A stretch of DNA of 64,000 nt from Phoronis australis (taxonomy: Eukaryota; Animalia; Phoronida): the NCBI GenBank assembly GCA_002633005.1, contig NMRA01000066.1, positions 568,940 to 632,939 on the forward strand, written 5' to 3'. Under the pieces are notes generated by a model. That model was not told the origin of the DNA. It did not search any database and saw nothing but the letters and a program-made list of their open reading frames with translations. The position numbers were made by a program, and so were the translations under genes. Shown here in pieces: positions 48,329 to 60,100 of the stretch; the stretch's first letter is position 1, and each line of letters opens with the position of its first letter.

Positions 48329-49447
48329 CATAGGCGCTTGGGTTTATCGCAAATGACGTCACTCAATAAAATATATAAGAAAACATAAAGGTTGGACACT
48401 TAAACTTTGCCAAGCCGAGGCTCCCAACTTCAACCGTCCAAAATACAAATAAAATCTGCGTGCACCTCCCTCAGTCTGGTGTTGCATAAACCTTCGAAGC
48501 CTTATCTTTCCTAGATCCCATTAACTGTCTTCGTGAGTGGTGAATTGGCGATGGAATTTACAAAACAATCTCAAAACTCTGAATTCAAGGACCTGAAATA
48601 GTAAACATGGCGGATTTCAGTTGTGCTTCAACTTGTACGCCTGACGTAGGTGAAACTTCGAGTTTGAGCAAGCAACCTATATTTCAAATTCAATAACTCT
48701 AATCCAAAACTCAACTAATTGAGCATGTTAAAGTTAGTATTTTAATGATTATTTGTAAGTTTATTCCACTGACGGCTCATTTTAGCCCTTAACTTAGAAT
48801 TTTATTGCATAAACTGGCGTATCTTGTTTCTCATCTTGACATCACGCACTTTTTTGATTGAAGCACAACACACACTCGGCCAGGAAACGCAGTCCGTACA
48901 AGTATTACAATGCGCGTGGCCGACGAGTTAACTCAATGCTTTTGGCCAAAAGTAAAACCTTCATAAGAAATCACAGTACACAAAAAACTTCGCATATCAA
49001 TACAGTATCAGGATAATTTATATTTGACACAAATATGTGAGTAATTACATTTATTTGGCAATAAAGTGCTCTCTGCTTCTCATGATCAAGTAGTCGATGG
49101 ATTGACGGCGAAAGCCGCGCGAAATTAGACTTTCGGATTTAGCTCGGGAGCGTCCGTCAAAACCCGGATGTGCGAAGGCAGTCTGCCATGACATCACGGA
49201 ATTAGGTCCTTGAATTTGTGATTTTGGCATTCTTTTGGCATTTTTGTCGCCAAATCACCACTCGAAGGCGATTTGAAGAGATCAAATGAAAGAAGGTATT
49301 CTAAGAGTTGTTCGATGCTAGTTTCGTGGAGTTCCATGCACATTTGAGTAGAAAATTTTTAGGAAACAGATGTCGAGTGTCCAACCTTTATGTTTTCTTA
49401 TATATATTATTGAGTGACGTCATTTGCGATAAACCCAAGCGCCTGTG
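48329..49447. mobile_element. Non-autonomous DNA transposon with P-element-like termini
   Basis: 72-bp TIRs (48329-48400 / 49376-49447, 2 mismatches) starting CA(T/C)AGG, with weaker symmetry further inward; 8-bp TSD GTATCAGT/GTATTAGT. CANRG ends plus an 8-bp TSD fit the P superfamily; hAT is not excluded. Confidence 0.75.
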
Positions 49448-51137
49448 GTATTAGTACGGACCAAGTCAGTCACAGATAGATATGGATAATTCTATGTACC
49501 GTGACTTTCGTCAATCCTCAAAATCTAAGAATTAAGAATGTATAAGTGATATGATACATAGTGAATTCTGTGATTGAGGCATGATAAATAATTTTGTTCA
49601 GTTGAGTGTCTGAACTGAGTCCTGCGTCCGCGGGTATGGTCAGGTTACTTAAGTATGCAGAGGTTGTGGTTACGTTTCAGCTTCTCATGATTTACGACAG
49701 TGATAAGACGTCTGCTGTCTGTACTTGAGTGGAATGTGGCCGAGCATTCGGTTATTTTGTTTTTCATTAAAATTTTGAAAGTTATGTCGAACAAAATGGT
49801 ATGTTCAAAGTAGACTCACATTTACCAACTTGAAGGTTTGCCTAAATATCCGTAAACAGTTCCATTCAAGAACAGCACTCTCCGTGGCCTGGCATAACAA
49901 TAAATATATCGGTATAGAGTATCTTTTTTATACAAACGATGTTACCACCAGTGAAAAGTCTTCTAACCTCCACTGGGGGTGCCATCATGCGTGTGACGTC
50001 AGTGAACAAAAGGCTTTTGGCCATTCACCATTTTGCACATTTACCTGTCTACGGAACTCAATCGCCTAGTAAACGCTAGGCAGTGTGGCAGGTACCTGAT
50101 TGCCTGGAGATTGAGGAAGAGTCTGCGCTCAATAGTACAATCAACTGAATATCGTAAAATAAATTTTAAACACAACGAACACGTCAAAATTTTGCAGCGT
50201 TTTTGTAATGGTGCAACTTCATTTGTGGACCGAAAGACGTGTGTCCCTAATTGTGTACCAAGCTTATGTCAACACTTGATCCTCATGGCCGCCATCACGC
50301 GTTGTTAACGAGACTACGCATAATTTATGAAACTATTGTTGTTTGAAGAAATCGATCGTCTAATTAGAGAGAGCATAATCATAACAGCATGGTGTTCATC
50401 GGTCAATGTGAAGACAATGAGTAACAAATGAAAAACCCGTAAAGAAAACTTTTGATTGGTGCCACTTCTCGTTGCAAAATTGGTCGCATCTTGTAACTTC
50501 TTTTTCAGTTTAGAAATGATTACAACCCTGAGATCTGTTATTGCTACAGAAACTCATAGACTTTGCTTTTTGCATGAGGTTAGTTTCAGCCAACGAAACA
50601 GAATGTCTGTCAGGTGAATTCTTGGTTTTATTTCAACCGCTTTCAGTTCAAGCGCATAATAAAAACGCAACGTCTTTTTTGACACTATAACAGTGGCTAA
50701 ATTAAATTCTTAACCCGCCTTATCGCGACTTTGATGCATTACTGATCCCATGGTAGACAAAGATACGTCACTATTTGTAGACTAGTCAGTTACTAAAGTT
50801 TTGATCGTAATACTATTCAAGAAACATGGAAGCACCCTACGCCATGAAATCAACGGAAATTCTTTCAAAATAATAGACGTTCCGCAGAATGACCTATTTC
50901 TATAACTTTTTTAATCTTTTGGAAAATGTCAAGGGAACAAACGTCCTCAAGTGCACGAACAAAAGTTCGATCTTACGATTGAATATCGTTAAATCAATAG
51001 ATAACTACTTTAGCCTACGGTAGAAAATCAATATTTTCGAACGTTAGTGAATATTTATATACAGGTATACCTAATAAAGAACAACTACAGAAAACGTTTG
51101 GATTGTTACTTTTTGTACTGTATGTTGAAACCCAGGA

Positions 51138-51195
51138 ATGCTTGGCGTAAGGAATTTCGTCATCACTCTATTTGTGACAGCAACTTTGGCAACAG
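51138..51195 (+). CDS. Gene 2 exon 1: signal peptide MLGVRNFVITLFVTATLAT
   Basis: 58 nt, CAG|GTGAGT donor. Confidence 0.85.
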
Positions 51196-54100
51196 GTGAG
51201 TGTTACAGGCAGTACCACAGAAAGCTAACGCTGACTAAATCATTAGAAAGAATTCATCGATCACCTTCTATAATCATTGTAGAGCTGCGATTATGTGTTC
51301 TAGATGAACTCAAAACGTGCATATACATTCAACAGAAATTTTAATACTTTGATTTCGGTCGAAAGACAGTTATAGAGGTTGATATTTGGGTTACGTTCAA
51401 CTTCCCATGGATTGTTTACCCATCAGTGGGTACAGTTCGTACGGAATCTTGCTTCTCTTCTGTGAGGTTTAGTTTTCAACGTCTGCCATTGTGATACGAT
51501 TTCAAAAAGGAATTCTTTGAACACCCTTTCACACAAATTTGATAGTAGGACGACGTACCCATATAACAGGGCTGGAACAATTCCATAATGGCGCCTTTAA
51601 ATTTCTGCTAGTGTCTGCTGCACTCCTGTTCGCAAACCGGTAGACAACAAACCCGCTGCACGTGCATGCCTAAAGTCAATTCACGCAACAAAAATGCTTC
51701 ACATACGTTAAGGATGACCAAGCTATAGTTCAGGGCCGTGCCTTTATATTCTTGCTACGTATTGGAGGCTGGGTGCGTCAATGAAATCTGGTCCTCGGAA
51801 CTAGAGCTTAAGGTATAGAGCATTTACAGTGCGGAGTTTAGTGGTGGGTCTGGAAATTTGCAGACAGGAAATCGTAATTATTAATAATTCATACGCGCAC
51901 CCAGCCTTTATTATGGGGGGAGCTCGAATTTCCGACGATGTGGACGTTTTACCGACAAAAAAGCCGAAGGACTAAAAAAACGAGGTACCACGTCCAGGGC
52001 TGTGAATCGTGTGTTTGCGCCTTTTTAGTGGACATCTTGTTTCGTTTTCTCTTACTTTTTGTTCACTTCGCCAAATGGGGGGCTCTTTCGAGCCCTCCGA
52101 GCCCCCCCCTCCTAGGTGCGCGCATGATTTTTATACGAATTCTTACCAACCGTACTATGGATTCATATGAATAGCATGGAATGGTGCAAATGTTTGATAA
52201 AATTCGTATTAAAAGTGTTGGTGTAGATTTCATAGAAGATTGATTACTACCCGTGAAAATTAGTGATTTATTATCACTGAGCAATTAGTACAGCCAAAGC
52301 AAAGCAGAAACAGGGTATGGCGAGAGTAGATGACTTTTTACCTTTCGTTGCAGCTTCATTTGATATCACGTTAAGAATAATGTTATGACATTCGCGTAAT
52401 GCGGATGACACTTCATGCCGAGGAGGAACTGGTTACTTTACAGCGACCGAAAATGGATAATCACCAAATGTTTATTGGGCTATAAGCCAGTTTTCAAAGT
52501 GCTGACCGAGGAGTCAGTTTGTCTCAGTGGTTGATTTTGACTAGTATTAGAGATCGTATTAATCTGACGATTCCCTGAACCGTTCCAGATATTTTTGACT
52601 CTCCAAATTGTCAAGAATGCGTCAATGGAAAATGTGATAGCCAAGGAAATTGTTTATGTCATGACTGCTGGAGTGGAATCGATTGCACACTTCGAGGTAA
52701 GAAATTGTGAGGCACGTTACTTGTAAAGTTATTGCAACGTTAGGATAGATGAAACTAGGGTAAACACGCAACAAAAATGTTGTAAAGGAGGTCTACCGTG
52801 TACCAAAATGTACGTGGTCTTGTCGTAATTAATATCAGTTGATAGGTTGAGGGAGTGATTAATACCTCTTTCTAATGACGATGATCAGCAGGAAGGAGAA
52901 AATCACCCATACCGCTGCTTGTAAATTTTGCAGAAGCTCCAGAATTCACCAGAAGTGAATACGACGTAGAGTTTGACCCCAATACTGACAGATTACTCAC
53001 AGTGGCTAAAGTAAAGCCAAAGCCATCTTGCGGCAATGTCTCGTATTTCCTCTCCGAAGAGAACGATCACCAGCTCTTCAGGATTGACGAACATTCGGGC
53101 GACGTAACGTACATTTATTCGCAAACCTACAGCGTGCCGAGATTTCTCGTAGTCAGTGCTAGATATCGTCACAGTGCAGTGACCTCCGTGAAAATTCATC
53201 TGCATTTAAAAGATGTTGTTGATGACGACTTCATCGAGGAGATATTAGATGGAAGAATTCCATTCGAGCAAGAAAACGATGATGCATCCTATGAACCCAA
53301 CTCTAAGCATGGCATCAAGAAAAGAAGTACCCACAGTGTATCTCGGCGTGCAATTGTATGTAAATGAATGCTGCGTAACTTGTAACCTTTCCATGAATTT
53401 GACAATCTATTGCTTCAGTGTAGCCAGAGATATTTCTGTTAACATATTCCAAGAACTAAATTCACGTGTGTTACCGCCGTCCGATGTAGGCTTGAAAAGA
53501 AGAGTTGACATACAATGACATAAAATGACACATGCTCTGCAACACATGGAAATAACGTACGATTCAAAATTTACGACAATTATCATTATGGTGTATCGTC
53601 CTTGGCATTTAATCACTAGAAATAAATTCTCATTCATGGTGATGATGGACCATTGAAAAATGAGCATTTCTTGCAAATTTGACAAACTTTGGAACGTCAT
53701 ATCTCAGAAAATACTTAGCGTCAGTGCAGAGGGGTATCTGTAAGTTGCCCTATATAAAGTGAACCACAGCTAAACTGGCAGCTTACCACAATGTGTAAAA
53801 ATGAGTCAATACTTGAATGAACGAGCCGCTAGGTCATTCAGTTGTTCTAACCTCAGCTTGGGCTATCAGCTCAGCTACGTGTAAGGTAATCAATTGTGAC
53901 AGACAGCTCAGCTCGTAGCTATTGTCGATCTGCTCGAGCTAACCCTTACCAGAAGTTTGTGCAAGTTTGTAGTTCAAGGTCATACTAAATAATGGATGTC
54001 ATGGTTCTTATAGCACATTCAATACATAATGGTGGTAGGTCTACCAAGCACTCGGCACACAAAGCAAATGAATGTACTTTATGTTCTTTCGCCAGACCGG

Positions 54101-57100
54101 AAATGGTCTTCCAACTGAAATATCAAGTTCTCTGGAGAGAACCGGAAGCTTCTCGACCACAACCAATGTCAAGGTCGCTGACATTGTTCCTATGAAATTA
54201 GTAATTTGGATGCCGAACTTGGAAACTAAGCTCAAGGTAAGTGATGGCCAACAGTCAACAGAATGAATTTTCTATTACGAAATTGTAATTCACGAGATTA
54301 ATTAGGACAACACCGCCGTTATAAGGCTGACCCTGATATGTCAGGCATTTGCTGAAACGACAATTCGCTCCAAGATGGTCATTCCTGTTAAAAACGTTCA
54401 ATTTCATGGACTGGCTAACGGAAAAAGGCAAACCTCTAGAAAAATCTGTGGATGAAGGATGTCATATCCCATACATTTCCCACTGTGACTATGAATCCGT
54501 GGCTGCATAGTCGGTGGCTGTGAGTGATAAAGCGGAAGAATTCCAATCCCAACAAATGTCAAAAAACTAAAATTAATTAGCAAACTTAACCCAATTAAAC
54601 AATAGGAGGGGTCGACAATGAAATTTATTTCTCTGTTTTTAAATGAACGAACCACTATGTGTAGCACTGAATTTCTGTCCACCGAATCTGAGTCGTGATC
54701 AAGCGGAAGTCGTTTTCTCTTTCTCAATACTCAATACTGCCAATATGAAAAGTCCCAATTTTTCATTGCATTCAGTGAGATAATCCAGAAGTAGCATATT
54801 ACTGCTCTACAACCGGAGTCGAGTACAGCACAGCTACAGTCACTGGTACATTTCCTCTTGGATATCCCTGTTATTTCGAGCTAGCAAAAACATGCGCCCT
54901 TAGACATCGTATTTAACTACACGTATTTTATTTTACACGTATTTTATTTTAATGACAGTTATCTGTGTTTTGCTAGGTGGAACTATTTGGCGCTGTATCT
55001 AACGACACGTCTCGGACAATAATGGCAATCGTGGACGATGTAACAGTTAGCATACCTAACACCAACTTTGCAACATATAAGACTTCTCAAATACCTCACG
55101 TTGAGTACTCGTCCTATCACAAAGATGGTCAGGTATGTATTTAATAGAGATTGTTAAAGATGGCATTGTACGTAAGGTACCGTCGAGTTTTCAAAAAGTT
55201 CAATGTGTTCAGTGTTACTATGATCCAATTCAGTTTTTGTATAGGTGAATTGTAATTCGAGGAGCCACGGATATATTGGTGAATGTTGGACTCCATTTTG
55301 TGTCGTCGCAAACAGTGCAATATGCCCTGAAGTACGACCTGTGTATAAAAACGGAGGAAAGTGGAAACAAAATGTGTATGTTGAAATCATACGGACTTCA
55401 GCGGACTTTTAAACCAGTGACTGCATTAAAACTGGTCTCAGCAGGTTCCTTCTTCATATGAGAAGGAACTGACACTTCACTGATCCTTGAGATTATACTC
55501 GGGGCATCAAATGACAAACTGACAATTCAACATGGAGAACCTGATCTCAGCTAAAATGAGCTTTCAGTTCTTCCAAAGCTCTAGAATCACCTGCAATTTG
55601 AAGAATTTGACACCAATTTCGTATCGGAAAGTAGTCTAAATCAAAAGTTGTTTTAAACAACATGCTCGACACAGGAATTACGTTGAAAGTCAGTACGTTT
55701 TGGTCTCTGGGGTAAAATGTGCCTTTCATTTAGCTCTACTTGATTATGGTTCTAGACTACCGAACTTTGTCAATGATTACTCTCAATACTAATGCAAACG
55801 TGGTGCTGTCTTCCGGACAAGACAAGCTTGTGCCAAGAATGTGATCAAATTATAATGCTCTTTTATAGTATGACATGGCTGTCGTAGATTTCGGAACCAT
55901 CGAAAACGAGGCCAACAACGCCGCCGACAAGACCGAGAGTGAGATTGTCATCACCTTCAACATAATCATCTTGTACAGTAAGAACTTCATCAACGGAGAC
56001 CCCCTTTACATCACAGCCACGGCTGGCTATGGATCTACTTCCATCACTGTTTGGATAGCTGATGAGGTTTTAGTGCCCGTAGTGGACTCTTTGGTACGAT
56101 CAATTTATTTTACATTTCGTGCACAAACCTGAACCTTTCAAAAATACGTATGAGCCACTTGATCACGTGACAGTAGAAAATATCTGCAGCTTGCTTTTAA
56201 AAACCACGATGCCAAAATTTGTCATTATTAACAGGCCTTCTTTCATATATTTTGTATGGTATTTTTTCTGTCCAGCAACATTTAACACATTCAAAAGCAC
56301 GTCATGTTTTTGGTATTGGCGCCGCTCTGTGTTTAAAGCGCTCTCCGGCTTATCAGGTAAGCATCTGTGTATGTTGTGAATACGTTCTGCAACTTGCATA
56401 CATTCCACGACGGGAAAATATATTTCATTTAATTCGTTGAGAATCTTGGACATGAAAAGGAAAATTACTTAGTGTTCCGTCGGAGTGAATGAAAATATGA
56501 TCGTGGCGAGGAAGACCACGTTTAATTACAAAATGAAAATATGACAGACGCGTTAGTTGTCTACTGACATTCCAGGAATCCGGCAAAGAGCCCGTGTTAT
56601 CTCTTACTGGTGCCAATACCGCCATGGTGGGTACTCCAGCAATGTGGACCTTGAACATGACGCTAGAGGACGCTGCCAACAACATCACCGTGGACGTGTT
56701 TGCACCAGTGAACGCAACTGGCGTGATGTCCGTGTGCAGTATTAGCATCAAAAGTCTTGGTAAGTTCGCAAACACCACACCGTGCAGCTTGGTTATCAAT
56801 AAATGAACAAATAAATAAAACGACTTGCACACGATACTACGGTGGAACAAAGCTGACAATGAAAAAATAACATTACGAAAAAAATTACTTGTCTCTGTTG
56901 AGAAAACCTTTCAGCCGCGTAAAAGAAATTCTCCACGGAAAAACCCTTTTCCGAGTCAAGGCCCAGAACATCTTTCCGCAGTTTCTGCCAGCAAACACTA
57001 AAATAGCATGAGCTCACACGGCCTCGGTGTCCCGTCAATTAGTTTTAGTGCACCTAAAACCGGTAACGCAGTGATTTATTCATTGCTGGCTTCTCAAATC

Positions 57101-60100
57101 ATTTGCACTCACGAACACTCCAAAGGCATTACAAATTGCATCTAATGAGACATACTTTGTTTCAGTTTTATATAAGTATTGGTTAGGGTGAGAATAATTC
57201 ATTTTGAAACAGAACGCTCAGTAATAAACGCCAACATGGCAACTCGCAATCCCGACTTAGGACGATATAGAGCTCATCAGTCCCGACTTCGCAGGTGGAT
57301 CGTTAAGTTTTACAGGCTATCAATTCGAAAATGAATACAGTGATGAAGAAATACTAGAGAGGCGCCGTGAACAAGCTCAGAAAACGGAACGTATGGAGTT
57401 ATTTGGTAAGCTGGCATTCGTCAGGCACTGTCGACGTCTGCAGGCCACAGACACGGAGATGTTTCACGGCCTCATACTTGCTATTTACAGCGTGCAATTC
57501 ATTCTTCATTACCACTAGCCACCTCCTAAGCATTTCGGACTCTCGAGGAAAAAAAAACGTTATACCCGCTTTTCTCGCAGCTGTTTAGTTCGGACTAGCG
57601 GGAACGATGCACCGCAACCTAGCGGCATTAATTCTGCATATGAACCACTGACGTCGCTAGCGTCGTTTCTCACCTTCCTCACAGGTTAACGCGACACCTC
57701 TTGGCAAAGTAAGGTCGACCGTATGCGAGGCTATGTGGATATAGACCGATTAAGACGGCAAAAAGACTAATTAAATCGGGTGGCATTCTCCTTTAATGTT
57801 GGTGGTGTTTTTGTTTTCTTTGCGGCCAATCCTCGTTTGTGCGTACATGAGGAAGATACAGTACATTCTGGTCCAAGACAAAAGCAAAATGCCGTTTTTT
57901 ATGGGTGCCTACAAGTTACCTCTGACCTCACAACTGTTTCATTCTGATACATTATACATGTACCTTGGCATTTTTTACCTCATTTGTTTTATTCAGTGCT
58001 TGCACGAATTCGACAACGAGGTGTTGTGTCCAAACTACAATGGTTCTGCATGTTTACAATAGGCGCGCTTTCACGTCTGCGTTCTTAAAATTGATGCTAA
58101 AACGAGGAATTGTGTCCTAAACAACAATGCACAGCAATCTTTTTTTTTGCAGCACCACCAAAGTGTGCGAGTAGATAATAGAATTCCCTGTCTTTATTCA
58201 AACATTACCAATTATTCATCAATCAATTGTACTTTTTATTCAGCTGTATCCAGCAAAGCTAAAATTAACACTTTTGGCAGATAAAGTAAATGAAAAGGAC
58301 ACGTTTTGATTTTGCATCCAACGTTGATGCAAGTTGGCACGCGGTAACAGGTAGGGAGTGGCGTTAAAACAATAAGTTGTGAAGGTTCCATTTGTCGAAG
58401 TGAAAGCTATTTTTACTGTTCACGTCGAAAGTAGTCAATATCAAGAAACTGCTTCATTGATCAGGACTATTTTTCATACACTGAAAACGATCACCTAATT
58501 AGCTTATTGATCTTGTTGCGAGAATATTCCATGATCAGTTCAGCCAAATATCTGATTCGTTAACCAGGAATCGAAAACCTGGATTTTGAACTGTACATTA
58601 TGCGTTACATATGTTCACACAGTAAATACTGAAAAGGTGTTTTCCTAAAGACAAACGATTTAAAGGCTCTAGTCGCTACACAATACATGCATTGATATAC
58701 AAAGACGAGTTACCGGGGCGGGGGACTTTACCCGCGCTTCTAAATTCCAGCTGCAATTCCCTAAACCCCTTTCATTGACAAGTAAACACCCAACTCGCTA
58801 TACAAATTCCATATCCGCGGCCCTAAAGTCCAAACCCAAACACCGAAAAATCTCTATACCCAGAGACTAAGCTCCAGTCTCACACCCATGGTCCGAAATT
58901 GGGCTTGGAGGATCGACAGTAACGTTTCCGTCCAGTGGCGTTTTGTCGGTAGCACCGTAGATGCGCAGTCCTGACTATTACAGTGTAAATCTTGCGCTCT
59001 CTTTGGATAGCCCGGCATGTGAAGAACCAGTGGAACGTTGAAAAATCATTGTTCTCGTCATGATCCTGTCTAAGCGCACTATAGTTTTCATCTGCCTCTG
59101 AAATAGGGCTAGGAAACTACGGACCGTAACTGTCAACTTTTACATAGGCATCAGATTTGTGCATTCGCAATGTGGTGAATTTACGATTGATGAGTACGAT
59201 GTTGAGTAGACTTTGGAGACCAGGTTTCTTGAATTGTCGGTTTTATGAGGGTGTGTGACCCATAAAACTAAATGCAAAAATACCATGTTTGTGAGTTTAT
59301 GGTTTCAAATGAGCCAGACATGGACTTCGTTACCAGCAGTAGTGTCACGAGAAGTCGTGTGATCTGACAATATTTCGGAATCCACAAAAAAAACTATGGA
59401 CAATGCCGACCACCAGTTCCTATTTGGTAACGTATTTATGCTCCCAGTTTTGTGCATTGTTTGATATCGGAAACAGCCCTTCACGTTATCCTTGTTCAAG
59501 CCATTTGATCGATATTTATGTAAAACATGACGAGTTTTTGTAGCAGTCAATAAGTGAAAGAATTCGAGACTTTGAGGACGCCATTCACGGAGACATCTGA
59601 GCGGCTACAAGGAACCTTCAAGATGCTGATGGGCTTTACTATTAATTTTCTTTCGTTCCAAATGAAACAGTCTTCTTGCACAGAAAGTTGCCAACACCAG
59701 AGCTGTTTACAAAACCTATTAAACCTAACTACCTGCTGACTTGGGGAGATATTGTCTCTGCAATTTTACGACAAATACCTTATAACGCACATTATAATTT
59801 TACATGGTGAGCTCGTAAAGTGTTGGATGTTATGATATTTCATATCCCATTGAGCTACATGTTTAACTTACAGGTGGGAGTTATAAACACTACAACGAGG
59901 AAACTATCAAAATTAGCTACCTTGATGATAATGCCGAGGCCGTTTCAGCACAGTTTGGATACCTCGTGAATACAGGTAAGGTATGGAAACTACGCGTTTT
60001 TTGCGTAAGTTTTACATTTCCCAATATCTTGACAAGCTGAAACAACGTCGTCCCTGTCGTCCCTTGCAATATCGTTTTGAATTATGATAAGAAACGGCGG

